IMG/VR virus record: IMGVR_UViG_3300006872_000016
Location: 1 to 37,911 of that record
Length of the DNA: 37,911 bases
Direction: 5' to 3' (one strand)
Source: a virus
Taxonomy: Duplodnaviria > Caudoviricetes
Shown piece by piece: positions 9,360 to 17,911 of the stretch (position 1 is its first letter; each line of letters begins with the position of its first letter). A program made the position numbers and the translations under genes. The notes below the pieces were generated by a model. That model saw only the letters and a list, made by a program, of their open reading frames with translations. It did no database searches and was not told the DNA's origin.

Positions 9360-9910
9360 GTCGTCGATCTCCGTTGCTTGGTTGGAATCGGGGGAGCCGC
9401 GGCGAGGAGGGCGCGCGCAGCACTCAAGGCGGTGCGTGCGGCCTCTGGCGCGGGGCGTGGCGCCGGCGCCGGCGTTGGGGCCGTGCGCTGGGGTGGGTCG
9501 AGCTCGAGCTCGAAGCCTGGGGCCGCGGAGAGGGCCGCAGCTGCCGCCGCGGCCGCGACCGGCACCTCGGGGCGCCGCGCGTCGCGCGTGCTCGAGGCGC
9601 GCGGCGCGCGCTTCTCCATGTCCCGGGCCAGGGCGCACCATCGCGCCCACTTCGCCGGGTTGTGGAAACGGCCGTCGCCAGGTGCGTCGAGCGGCGCCTC
9701 GCCCTTGATGAAATTGATCAGGGCGGTCGACCAGTCCACATAGAGCGCCGGCCGGCCCTCCTCGTCGCGGCGCTTGTGGTAGGCGATGAACTCGGCGCCG
9801 AGCACGTCGGCCAGGTGGTATAGCCCGTAGCGGGTGGCGGTGAACTCCCGCACGCGCTCGCGCACGACGAACCCGTCGGGCATTCGTGAGCGGCGCGCGC
9901 GGGCAGCCAT
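9356..9910 (-). CDS. possible replication protein with DnaT-like helical domain
   Basis: MPDGF...EFIAYH...YVDWSTALINFI resembles the P..F / F..Y / DW...F..W pattern of phage replication initiator C-domains; Pro/Ala tail. Confidence 0.45.
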   Translation of the reverse strand: MAARARRSRMPDGFVVRERVREFTATRYGLYHLADVLGAEFIAYHKRRDEEGRPALYVDWSTALINFIKGEAPLDAPGDGRFHNPAKWARWCALARDMEKRAPRASSTRDARRPEVPVAAAAAAAALSAAPGFELELDPPQRTAPTPAPAPRPAPEAARTALSAARALLAAAPPIPTKQRRSTT

Positions 9911-10737
9911 TACGCCGCGTCCGCCTTGCCGTCGTCGTCGGCCGCCGGCGGCGGGCCGTCGGCGATGATGCGGCGATCGTCCGGGCTCAACGATTCGTTG
10001 AGCGCGGCGGCCGTGGGCGTCCACCCGCCGAAGTCCATATAGGCCGCCGGAATCCCCTCGAGCTTGCCGCCGTGGTCGTACTTCGCGGCGTATTCCGGGG
10101 CGGTGATCTGCCCGAGCGCGAGCAGGAACTCATCGCGCCACAGCTCGATCGGGATTTCCTCCGTCGGCGCCTGCAGGCCTTCGATAGCTTCGACGGCCTC
10201 GGCCAGGTCGAGCGCCACCTCGGCCGCAGCTGCGTCCTGCGAGGCCTTGAACTGCGCCACGATCGGCGACTCCCCGCGCAGCTGGTCGGCCAGCTCGGCC
10301 GCCGGCGACGGCCCGGTGTCATCGTCGGCAAAGAAATCGCCTTGCCGGTTGAGCTCCTCGAGGCTGGCGACGTTGCCGGCGGTCATCACGATCAGGAACG
10401 ATCCCTTATGCGTGAAGAAGTCGCGCGGCACCTGCGAGCGGACGGCGGCCAGCGTGAGCGTGACCACGTCGCCCTTGACGCTGATCCCGTTCTCGGTCGC
10501 CGCTACCGACGGCTGCCCGCTCGCGACGAACGCGTCGAACAGATTGCCGAGGCGGCGGGCGAGCTCGGTCTCTGTCTTGATCGCCCAGGCATCGATCAAT
10601 CCCGTCATGCGGTCGCGCTCCTCCTCGCCGAGCACGAGCCACACGTCTTGCATTTGCTTGCACGCGTCGACCGCCCCGGAGAACAGCAGATCGCGGATCT
10701 TGGTCCCTCTCACTAACTCTCTAACGTCTTGGGCCAT
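9910..10737 (-). CDS. hypothetical acidic protein (275 aa)
   Basis: AGGAGGT SD, protein-like ORF, TAATG overlap with the next gene. Confidence 0.7.
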   Translation of the reverse strand: MAQDVRELVRGTKIRDLLFSGAVDACKQMQDVWLVLGEEERDRMTGLIDAWAIKTETELARRLGNLFDAFVASGQPSVAATENGISVKGDVVTLTLAAVRSQVPRDFFTHKGSFLIVMTAGNVASLEELNRQGDFFADDDTGPSPAAELADQLRGESPIVAQFKASQDAAAAEVALDLAEAVEAIEGLQAPTEEIPIELWRDEFLLALGQITAPEYAAKYDHGGKLEGIPAAYMDFGGWTPTAAALNESLSPDDRRIIADGPPPAADDDGKADAA

Positions 10738-10752
10738 GATGGCACCTCCTAG

Positions 10753-11058
10753 TCATTCGCTGCGGAGTCGCCGCAGCTCGAAGAATCCGGCGAGCTCGCG
10801 CTCGCGCTGCATGAGCGCGCGCGCGTAGTGCGACCGGAAATTGTTGTTGAGCTTGAATTCATCGCCATGCGTCCGCATCCCGTGGCGCCACCGCAGGATC
10901 TCGAACAGCTGCCCGATCCCAGCCCGGTGCCCGCGGCGGGCGGCCGCCAGGGCCAGGCGCCGGAGCTCCGCATACACGTGCGGGTTGTCGTTGTGGAACT
11001 CGAGAAACGCGTCGCGGATGGCGCGCTCGCCCCCGAGCAGCTCGTACTGCTCGCTCAC
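10753..11058 (-). CDS. conserved phage hypothetical protein
   Basis: F..FH..NPHVY...ILRW...FKLNNN....YAR.......GFFELR, a recurring phage family; GTGA-coupled. Confidence 0.75.
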   Translation of the reverse strand: MSEQYELLGGERAIRDAFLEFHNDNPHVYAELRRLALAAARRGHRAGIGQLFEILRWRHGMRTHGDEFKLNNNFRSHYARALMQRERELAGFFELRRLRSE

Positions 11059-11474
11059 GCCGCGATGGCGGGGCAGCAGATCGCCCGCTCCCGCGCGTCC
11101 CGATAGAACTCGATCGGCAAGTCGACGAACAGCGGCGCGATCATGCGCTGGGCGAAGTGCTCGATCTCCCGGCGCACGCCGACGCTGCGGTCCCAGCCGC
11201 GGATCCGCACCACGTGGATCTCCGTGCACAGCGCCATGATCGGATCGTTCACGTCGGCCCACGCCGCGGCGTCGCGGCCAAGCGCACAGCCGCTCGCCAT
11301 CCATATCGCGTGCCCGTGGGTCACGGGGGAGAAAACGGCCACGCCGTGCGCCTCCATCAGGGTAGCGGCGTACCGCGTGAGGACATTAGCCCGCGAGCCT
11401 TGCTCTAGGTTCTGCGTCCGGTAGCCGGTGGCGTGCGAGGTGTAGGGCCCCGCGATGTAGATGATTCGCTTCAT
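11055..11474 (-). CDS. DUF1937/DUF4406-like protein (nucleoside 2-deoxyribosyltransferase fold)
   Basis: IYIAGPYT, VFSPVTHGH, GWDRSVGVRREIE. Confidence 0.85.
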   Translation of the reverse strand: MKRIIYIAGPYTSHATGYRTQNLEQGSRANVLTRYAATLMEAHGVAVFSPVTHGHAIWMASGCALGRDAAAWADVNDPIMALCTEIHVVRIRGWDRSVGVRREIEHFAQRMIAPLFVDLPIEFYRDARERAICCPAIAA

Positions 11475-11484
11475 GGGTCGATCC

Positions 11485-12153
11485 TCAGATCCAATTGAAG
11501 GGGGCGCGGGTGTTGAGCAGCCGGGCACGGTCCCAGCAGAACCACGCATACTCGTGCATGTCGGTCGTGTCGCGCATCCGGTCGCCACACTCGGGGCACT
11601 CCCTGGTGCCGAGCGGCGCGGACGCGTCGCAGCTCTTGCGCTGGCACGTAGCGACGAACGCCGGCCGGCTCTCGAGGTAGTACACGTGCGTCGGCGGGAT
11701 GAGCCGCAGCAACGCGGAGCGCGGGCCCGCGGGCCAGCTCGCGCGGAGCAGAAGGCACACCGTCACGCACTCGCGCAGCAGCTTCTCGAGGAACTGCCCG
11801 GCCAGGTTAAACGGCGGATTGGTGACCGCGAGATCGAATGCCTGGAGGTGCGGCCCGGCGATCGTGTGCGGGCGCTCGAAGCTGACGCCCAGCTGCGGCA
11901 GCTCGAGGTAGTCGGCCCGGATCCAGCCCGGCCCGCCGCGCCTGAGCTCGACGCCGCGCACCACCCGCCGCAGCGACGTGATGCGGTCGGCCGCGCGGGC
12001 GATGATCGCGCCGTCGCCAGCGCAGGGCTCGAGGAACGAGCGCACGCGGAGCCAGTCGATCCGATCGAGGAACGCGTCGACCACCGGCCCGGGCGTCGGG
12101 TAGTCGTCGGACGCGCGCCGCTTGGTGCGCTTCTTGTCTGCTTGTTCGGTCAT
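11485..12153 (-). CDS. DNA amino (N6-adenine) methyltransferase
   Basis: DDYPTP, FLEPCAGDGAI (SAM binding), TNPPF (catalytic); CxxxxC...CxxC insert near the C-terminus. Confidence 0.85.
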   Translation of the reverse strand: MTEQADKKRTKRRASDDYPTPGPVVDAFLDRIDWLRVRSFLEPCAGDGAIIARAADRITSLRRVVRGVELRRGGPGWIRADYLELPQLGVSFERPHTIAGPHLQAFDLAVTNPPFNLAGQFLEKLLRECVTVCLLLRASWPAGPRSALLRLIPPTHVYYLESRPAFVATCQRKSCDASAPLGTRECPECGDRMRDTTDMHEYAWFCWDRARLLNTRAPFNWI

Positions 12154-12491
12154 GCTGTCGCGGTCTCCCATAGTGCCGCCCCTTTCCCCTGGAAGGCCGA
12201 GGCCTCGAGCCGGGTACTAGGCGATCCCCTGTTTTCCGTTTCCAGGGTCCGGGGCGATAGGCGGTCGATCGTTGCCCGGTTGGTTGTCCGTCCTTGTTGC
12301 GCGCTTTCCTTCCAGACAGCGACGCGCCGCGCTTCACTAGCTTTCGAGTGGAGATCGACCGGATCGGGATTGACAGGGCGGGAGCGTGCGAACCATGATC
12401 GAGGTCCGCGCCGTCTCGTGCTTCTTTCACGATTCGGTAACGCCCCGGCGAGGTGACACTCCCGGGGCGTTTTCATTTGTAGCCTACTCAA
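12150..12491 (-). CDS. possible hypothetical protein (113 aa)
   Basis: Fills the gap exactly, with 4-nt overlaps at both ends (TTGA, ATGA), but the sequence is not recognisable. Confidence 0.35.
   Translation of the reverse strand: MSRLQMKTPRECHLAGALPNRERSTRRRGPRSWFARSRPVNPDPVDLHSKASEARRVAVWKESAQQGRTTNRATIDRLSPRTLETENRGSPSTRLEASAFQGKGAALWETATA
12370..12399 (+). promoter_or_regulatory. sigma70-like promoter antisense to the left early operon
   Basis: TTGACA-N18-CATGAT. Confidence 0.55.
12405..12478 (+). ncRNA. putative ~70-nt antisense small RNA ending in an intrinsic terminator
   Basis: Follows the promoter; hairpin TCGTG-CTTCTTT-CACGA, then stem AACGCCCCGG/CCGGGGCGTT followed by TTCATTT. 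Confidence 0.5.
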
Positions 12492-13498
12492 GCGGGGCGG
12501 GTCAAGTTGGCGGCGCGGATGAACGTCGCCGCGACTTGCGGGACGATGGCGTTACCGTAGCCCCGCAGTCGTCCCACGCGGTTGGCAGCCCCATAAGCCA
12601 GCGGCTCAATGCCGGGTTCAATGCGCCGCGCTTTTCCGTCGGCGCAGGGGAGCCAGACGTAGTCGCTCCACGGGCCTGATAGCTCAGCGGCTTGCCCCGC
12701 GGGTGCTCGTCCCGCGGCGCGTCGAATTCCTCGGTCGCTGATTCCGATTTCCAGTCGCGCGCCGCTGGTGTCGCCCAGCCCGCCAAGTGCGCCGCGCAGT
12801 CCAAGTCCTGCGGCCCGCCCTTCCGCGCCACCTCGTTCATCGCTCCCTGGTCCGTCCGCACCGACTTGCTGCCGTCCGTCTGTCGAGCGGTCGGCCAGCC
12901 CGCGAACCTCGCCGCGTCCGTCAGCGTTGTGCCCGGATGCCGCCCGCTCTCGGTCGAGTAGCCCGCCGCGCCGCTGCTCGCGCTGTCCTGGCGCGTCGGC
13001 GTCGGCCGCCCACCACAGCCGCTGTCGGATGTGCGGCGCGCCGACGCTCGCAGCGCACAGATCGGCGGCCCCGACTGCATAGCCCAGACCTTCCAAGTCA
13101 GCGCGTATTCCGGCGAGCCAGTCACGTCCAGCGCGGCTCGCAACCTGTTCTCCAAAGACGACTGCAGGTGAGCACTCCGCAATGAGGCGTCGGAACTCGG
13201 GCCACAGGTGTCGTGGGTCGCGCTCGCCATCCCCGCGTCCGGCGACGCTGAAAGGCTGACAGGGGCAGCTCCCGGTCCACACGGGTCTATCATCGGGCCA
13301 GCCTGCGAGGCGCAGGGCGAGACTCCATCCGCCGATGCCGGCGAAAAAATGGCACTGGTTGAATCCTTCAAGGTCACGCGGGGATACCTCCGATATTGAT
13401 CTTTCGTCCACGACGCCAGGCGCAATGTGGCCGGCGTCTATCAGGGCGCGTAGCCACTGGGCGGCGAAAGGGTCGATCTCGTTGTAGTAGGCGGTCAT
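12488..13498 (-). CDS. C5-cytosine DNA methyltransferase, large (alpha) polypeptide
   Basis: FFAGIGG (motif I), SCPCQPFS (IV), FGEQV (VI), HIRQRLW (VIII), RLRGYGNAIV (X). Confidence 0.9.
   Translation of the reverse strand: MTAYYNEIDPFAAQWLRALIDAGHIAPGVVDERSISEVSPRDLEGFNQCHFFAGIGGWSLALRLAGWPDDRPVWTGSCPCQPFSVAGRGDGERDPRHLWPEFRRLIAECSPAVVFGEQVASRAGRDWLAGIRADLEGLGYAVGAADLCAASVGAPHIRQRLWWAADADAPGQREQRRGGLLDRERAASGHNADGRGEVRGLADRSTDGRQQVGADGPGSDERGGAEGRAAGLGLRGALGGLGDTSGARLEIGISDRGIRRAAGRAPAGQAAELSGPWSDYVWLPCADGKARRIEPGIEPLAYGAANRVGRLRGYGNAIVPQVAATFIRAANLTRPA
12502..13425 (-). CDS. alternative-frame (beta) polypeptide of the C5 methyltransferase; start uncertain (possibly 13230)
   Basis: Nested ORF with repeats RPTPTRQD / WPTARQTD / WATPAARDWK and LNPALSRWLMGLPTAW (motif IX-like), which the main frame lacks. 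Confidence 0.75.
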   Translation of the reverse strand: MRLASWTKDQYRRYPRVTLKDSTSAIFSPASADGVSPCASQAGPMIDPCGPGAAPVSLSASPDAGMASATHDTCGPSSDASLRSAHLQSSLENRLRAALDVTGSPEYALTWKVWAMQSGPPICALRASARRTSDSGCGGRPTPTRQDSASSGAAGYSTESGRHPGTTLTDAARFAGWPTARQTDGSKSVRTDQGAMNEVARKGGPQDLDCAAHLAGWATPAARDWKSESATEEFDAPRDEHPRGKPLSYQARGATTSGSPAPTEKRGALNPALSRWLMGLPTAWDDCGATVTPSSRKSRRRSSAPPT

Positions 13499-13692
13499 AG
13501 GTGGCGAATAGCATAGGCGGCCAGGTACGGGATCTCGCCCTTCCCGGCAAGCCAGTGCTGCACCGTTCTCCGCGTGACGCCGAGGCGCTCGGCGAGCTCG
13601 AGCGTGTCGATCTCCTGGGTCCGCATCAGCGTTGCCAGGCTGGCCGCTGTCATCTTCGCGCCGGCGCGCGCGTCGGGCTTTCTCTGGATCAT
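13495..13692 (-). CDS. Cro/XRE-like HTH regulator
   Basis: ELAERLGVTRRTVQHWLAG...IP; ATGA overlaps at both ends. Confidence 0.85.
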   Translation of the reverse strand: MIQRKPDARAGAKMTAASLATLMRTQEIDTLELAERLGVTRRTVQHWLAGKGEIPYLAAYAIRHL

Positions 13693-14216
13693 CGCCTTCC
13701 CTCCGAATCATCGCGCGTCGTCGCGCGCTCGTTGACTAGCCAGCCGTCGGCGGTCAATAGGTGCCCCGCGTCGCGCATGCGATCGAAGCGAGGATTGTCC
13801 GGGTGACCGTCCCGCAGCGCCCCGAAGTAGTAGCGCACCTGAGCCTCGATGCCTTCGCGCTGATCGTTCACCGTGCCGCGCAGGTTCGCGACCGCGTCGG
13901 CGTAGCGCAGCAGCGCGTCGCGATCGGTGTCCGGCGGATCCCCGTAGAACACGGCGAGCACGCGCTGCCACCACGTGCGGCGCGGCCTCGGCACCGGCGG
14001 CCGCGGGAGCGCGTCGGAGATCGACGAGCCGAGCACGCCGATCCGGTTCGCTACCTCCATCAGCAGGCGCGCCTCGCACTCGTTCGCGAGTCGCATGAAC
14101 TCCTGGCGGCGGCGGCCGGCCAGGCTGGCCGCCGGCGGCACCATGCGTGGATGGTCGGGGCACTCGCCCCCCATCCGGTTAAACCCGCAGCGCGGGCAGT
14201 TGTCGATCATCGCCAT
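13689..14216 (-). CDS. hypothetical protein with N-terminal CxxC...CxxH
   Basis: MAMIDNCPRCG...ECPDH; GGGGG SD-like; coupled to the HTH gene. Confidence 0.6.
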   Translation of the reverse strand: MAMIDNCPRCGFNRMGGECPDHPRMVPPAASLAGRRRQEFMRLANECEARLLMEVANRIGVLGSSISDALPRPPVPRPRRTWWQRVLAVFYGDPPDTDRDALLRYADAVANLRGTVNDQREGIEAQVRYYFGALRDGHPDNPRFDRMRDAGHLLTADGWLVNERATTRDDSEGRR

Positions 14217-14278
14217 GATTCCCCCGTGGGGTAGTGGGTACGCGGAAGGGCGCCAGCCGGCGCCCTTCGACCTAGCCA

Positions 14279-14473
14279 CTAGCGCCCGAATGTCTCGACG
14301 TAGTCGCGCGCCGCGGTCGTGATCTGGTCGAGCTCCTGCCCGGTGCGCAACCCGTCGCCCGCCCACGTGTCGAGCGCCAGGACGATCGCGCGCAACTCGG
14401 CGAGCTCGTTCTCGATCGTCATTCCCGGCGCGCGCGCCTTGCGGATCGCGGCCTGCATCTGGCTGGGGGTCAT
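14279..14473 (-). CDS. hypothetical protein
   Basis: MTPSQMQAAIRK...; ATGA overlap. Confidence 0.6.
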   Translation of the reverse strand: MTPSQMQAAIRKARAPGMTIENELAELRAIVLALDTWAGDGLRTGQELDQITTAARDYVETFGR

Positions 14474-14820
14474 ATCCATTTCGCGCGCTCCTGTGCGTTG
14501 AGCGCCGCGGCGATCGCCTTGATCTCCGCGGCGACTTTCGGGTCGATGGTCCGCGCCCGGTAGGGCGGGACGGTAGCCTTGAACCGGTACGGCGAGTGCG
14601 TGATCACCGCCGGCCGGCCTGCGAGATTCGCCTCGAGCTCGGCGCCGGCGAGGGTCTCGAAGTCGCCGGCCTGGTAGAGAATGCCGAGCGCGGCGTCGAG
14701 CTCGCCCGGGCCCTGCAGCTGTAGCTTGTACGGCCGCGGGTCGGCCTCGAAGCTCGCCGCACCATCGGTGCGGGCGAACATCGCGATCAGGTTGGTCGAT
14801 GTGTAGGTGATCACGTTCAC
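14470..14820 (-). CDS. hypothetical protein
   Basis: GGAGG SD and GTGA overlap. Confidence 0.6.
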   Translation of the reverse strand: MNVITYTSTNLIAMFARTDGAASFEADPRPYKLQLQGPGELDAALGILYQAGDFETLAGAELEANLAGRPAVITHSPYRFKATVPPYRARTIDPKVAAEIKAIAAALNAQERAKWI

Positions 14821-15401
14821 GCCTCCACCGCTTTCGGGAACACCCGGCCCGCGGCGTTGTATCCATAGCCGTCGTCGCCGATGAACTGCACCCGCGCCGC
14901 GGTCGGCGAGGGCTTCACCACCAGCCGATCCGAGAGCTTCGCGAGCGTCTGGTATATCTGCTCCTGCCAACACCAGTTGTTCGACCATCTGTCGCCGATC
15001 ATCACCATGGTCCCGGCTTTGCCGTTCCTGAACTGCTCGACGGTGCACACCTCGGCCGGCGCGTATTTCTTCGTGAGCTTGCCGATCGCCCGGACGATCA
15101 TCGCGTCCGAATAGCTCCGCTCGCAGAAGATGAAGTCGGCGCCGAAGCTCGCCCGCTCGCCGTCCACCATGTAGTAGTTGCTCCCCTTGTAATCCTTCAT
15201 CCCGTCGAAGTAGCTGCCGGCGAAGGTGTCGGCGATCGCTTCGACCTGGGCCCGATTCGGGCCGTCGAGCCAGCCGACCCGCACCGAGGCGCCGCCGCTG
15301 TAGGTGCTGGTCCGTACCGAAAACTTCACGTCGGGGAATGCTTCCTTGAGCGCCTTGCGGATGAGCCCGGCGGTCTCGGCGGGCTTGAAATACTTGGTCA
15401 T
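14817..15401 (-). CDS. LPD29-domain protein (first gene of the left early operon)
   Basis: ETA.LIRKALKEAFPDVKFSVR...YSGG.S..V.W.DGP...FDGM.DY...FGADFIF..R.YS; GGAG SD. Confidence 0.8.
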   Translation of the reverse strand: MTKYFKPAETAGLIRKALKEAFPDVKFSVRTSTYSGGASVRVGWLDGPNRAQVEAIADTFAGSYFDGMKDYKGSNYYMVDGERASFGADFIFCERSYSDAMIVRAIGKLTKKYAPAEVCTVEQFRNGKAGTMVMIGDRWSNNWCWQEQIYQTLAKLSDRLVVKPSPTAARVQFIGDDGYGYNAAGRVFPKAVEA

Positions 15402-15443
15402 TCGTCGGTCTCCAGTCGACGCGGGAGAATTCCCGCAGCGCCT

Positions 15444-15471
15444 ATTATCCACACTCCGAGCGGCCGCGCAA
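15444..15471 (-). promoter_or_regulatory. leftward early promoter
   Basis: TTGCGC-N16-GATAAT on the minus strand. Confidence 0.6.
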
Positions 15472-15472
15472 C

Positions 15473-15497
15473 TATTTCGCGAAAATATTTCGCAAAA
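15473..15497. promoter_or_regulatory. operator-like palindromic/tandem site between divergent promoters
   Basis: TATTTCGCGAAAA-TATTTCGCAAAA: perfect palindrome TTTCGCGAAA plus a 13-bp-period repeat in an AT-rich island. Confidence 0.6.
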
Positions 15498-15501
15498 GGT
15501 A

Positions 15502-15529
15502 TTGACGCCGGGCGCGCGGTCTGGATAAT
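15502..15529 (+). promoter_or_regulatory. rightward early promoter
   Basis: TTGACG-N16-GATAAT. Confidence 0.7.
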
Positions 15530-15627
15530 TGGCCTCGAAGGCAACGACATCCCTTTCTAGTCGGCATTGGCGGGCGTCGCGTGCGGCGCCCTGCAATGCG
15601 GATTCCCCGCAGACAGGAGACCGAGAT

Positions 15628-15939
15628 ATGAGAAAGAGCATCACCATTCAAACCGCGAAGGGCTGCGCATGGCGCGGCGTCTACCTCAACATCGCCGGCC
15701 GGCAGGCTTTCGGCGCGACTCTCGATCCGCACTACGGAGTGCGCCCCGCTTTGACTCTGGCGGTCCTCGGACGCAGCGCGCGCGTTCCTATGCCCTATGT
15801 TCCGTGGCGCTGGGTGGCGAAACATGGTGGCTACGGCTTGCCTCTCATGTGGTTGTATCGGCTTTCGCGCGCGTTCTGGCGTGGCGTAGACGGGCGCTAT
15901 GGCTGGGGGACGGCGGCGAGCCGCGGGCCGCAGTCATGA
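15628..15939 (+). CDS. hypothetical protein (first gene of the right early operon)
   Basis: AGGAG SD; ATGA overlap with erf. Confidence 0.65.
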   Translation: MRKSITIQTAKGCAWRGVYLNIAGRQAFGATLDPHYGVRPALTLAVLGRSARVPMPYVPWRWVAKHGGYGLPLMWLYRLSRAFWRGVDGRYGWGTAASRGPQS

Positions 15940-16895
15940 GCGAGATAATCGTTAAAGAGGCGATCCTGTCGGTGCGCGAGGAGGACGAGATCGCGCCGGC
16001 GGCCGTGGCGCCGCTGGTGGCGAGTGGAAAGCCGCGCGCGCGGGCCGACTCCGTCGTCGCACGCGCCTCGAGCGAGACCATGGGGATCGCGCTCCTGATC
16101 GAGAAGGCGATCGAGTCCGGCCGCCCCGTGGCCGAGCTCGTGCAGGCATTCGAGAAGGCGCTCGAGATCCAGGCGCGGCAGCAGTTCGCGCAGGCGATGC
16201 ACCAGTTCCGCGCCAGCATGCCGGCCGTGCCCAAGGCGCGATGGGCGAACATGGAGAAGCGCGACGGGAGCGGCGCGTGGGGCTTCGCCTATGCGCCGCT
16301 CGACGTGATCGAGGAGTACGCCCGCCCGGTGCTGGACGCGTGCGGCCTGTCCTACCGTTGGGTGCAGGAGCCGCCGCAGGGCGGGATCATCACCACGATC
16401 TGCATCGTGCGGCACGTCGGCGGGCATGAGGAGCGGACGCCCTACTACTCGCCGATCGGGGACAACAAGGCGATCTCGACCGCGCAAAATTGGGCGGTCG
16501 CTAACTCGTTCAACAAGCGGCAATCCCTGGTCGCCGCGCTCGGCATCGTCACGACCGACTATTTCGACGACGAGGAGGCGCTCGCGCGAGCTCGCGAGGC
16601 CAACAAGGGCGCAACCGCGAAGCAGATCCGCGACGAGGTGCAGGCGCCGCGCCGGCGGCCGGACGCGGAGCCGCCCCGCCAGGCGCCCGCCAGGCCGCCG
16701 GCCGCGCCACCACCTGCGGCGCCGCCTGGCGAGTTCGCCAGCGACCGCCAGGTCGAGAGCATCAAGCGCCGGGCCGACTACGCCGGGATCAGCGAGGCGG
16801 AGGTGTGCCGCCGCTTCGAGCTCGAGACCTTCGCCAAGATCCCGCGCGGCAAGGTCAACGCGATCTTGGCCTACCTTGAATCCCTCGCGGGTTAG
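15936..16895 (+). CDS. erf: ERF-family single-strand annealing protein
   Basis: F.YAPLD.I....RPVL...GL, RHVGGH, AQ......SF.KRQSL.AALGI. Confidence 0.85.
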   Translation: MSEIIVKEAILSVREEDEIAPAAVAPLVASGKPRARADSVVARASSETMGIALLIEKAIESGRPVAELVQAFEKALEIQARQQFAQAMHQFRASMPAVPKARWANMEKRDGSGAWGFAYAPLDVIEEYARPVLDACGLSYRWVQEPPQGGIITTICIVRHVGGHEERTPYYSPIGDNKAISTAQNWAVANSFNKRQSLVAALGIVTTDYFDDEEALARAREANKGATAKQIRDEVQAPRRRPDAEPPRQAPARPPAAPPPAAPPGEFASDRQVESIKRRADYAGISEAEVCRRFELETFAKIPRGKVNAILAYLESLAG

Positions 16896-16949
16896 TCCTA
16901 CGCTGTGTCGGTCGACGCCTACGCGTCGACCGGCTGGAGACCGACAGAC

Positions 16950-17588
16950 ATGCAACCTTTTCGCTTCGATCCGGAAGCTCACGCCTATTACCTAGGCGAC
17001 GAGCAGATCCCCGGAGTGACCGCCGTTCTTGCCCAGGTGGTGAGCTTCGATTTCGTCCGCGACGAGGTGCTCGACCGCAAGCGGGCGATCGGCAGCGCCT
17101 TGCACTCAGCGATCGAGCTCGACCGCATGGGCGTGCTCGATGAGGACAGCGTCGACCCGGCCGTGCGCCCCTACTTCGACGGCTGGCGCGCGTGGCTTGA
17201 TCATCAATCGTGCTTCACCGTCCGCGCCGGCGAGCAGCCGGTGTGCTCTCGTGTCTACCGCTACGGCTGCACGCCTGACGTGTGGGGCGAGCTACAGATC
17301 GGCGAGGTCGCGGTGCCGTTCGTCATGGAGCTCAAAAGCTCGGCCACCGTTCACCCGTCCGTCGGCCCGCAGACTGCGGCGCAAACGCGCGCGATCGCCG
17401 AAACCATCCACGGCGGCCGACGCGGGGCGGCCGATCTGTGGGTGTCGACCGTGCGCCGGTTCGTGCTGCAGCTGCTCCCGACCGGCAAGTATTCCCTTCG
17501 CGAGCTGACCGCCCGCGACGACTTCACTACCTTTCTGGCGCTGCTCACGGCTTACCGCTGGAAAAAGCGCCACAACATCGGCCAATAG
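16950..17588 (+). CDS. PD-(D/E)XK exonuclease (recombination partner of ERF)
   Basis: FDPEAH.Y...IPGVT, G.ALH..IE, E.PV...YGCTPD, ELKS, Q.AA. Confidence 0.85.
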   Translation: MQPFRFDPEAHAYYLGDEQIPGVTAVLAQVVSFDFVRDEVLDRKRAIGSALHSAIELDRMGVLDEDSVDPAVRPYFDGWRAWLDHQSCFTVRAGEQPVCSRVYRYGCTPDVWGELQIGEVAVPFVMELKSSATVHPSVGPQTAAQTRAIAETIHGGRRGAADLWVSTVRRFVLQLLPTGKYSLRELTARDDFTTFLALLTAYRWKKRHNIGQ

Positions 17589-17599
17589 GAGGCCTCCCC

Positions 17600-17911
17600 A
17601 TGTTCGACAAACCCGACGCCTCGGCGTCTGAATTGAGCAAGCGAGAAGTGCTCGAGCTCGTGCTCCTGCACGCTTACCTGACCGCGCCCGAGGTCGGGCC
17701 ATCGTTGCGGCGCTTCGAGTCGCGCGCCCTGGCCGCGTTCGATCTGGTGCTCGGCGCGCCGGAGCCGCCACCGGTCCCGCCACCAGCCGAGGAGGTGGTC
17801 GGCGCACTCACCGCGGAGCTCGAGGAGGCCGCGGCGATCGCGCGGCAGTACGAGCGGATGGCCGACGGCAAGATGCCGCGCGCCGTCGATGCGAAAGGGG
17901 GTGAGGCATGA
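17600..17911 (+). CDS. hypothetical protein
   Basis: AGGAGG SD; ATGA overlap downstream. Confidence 0.6.
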   Translation: MFDKPDASASELSKREVLELVLLHAYLTAPEVGPSLRRFESRALAAFDLVLGAPEPPPVPPPAEEVVGALTAELEEAAAIARQYERMADGKMPRAVDAKGGEA

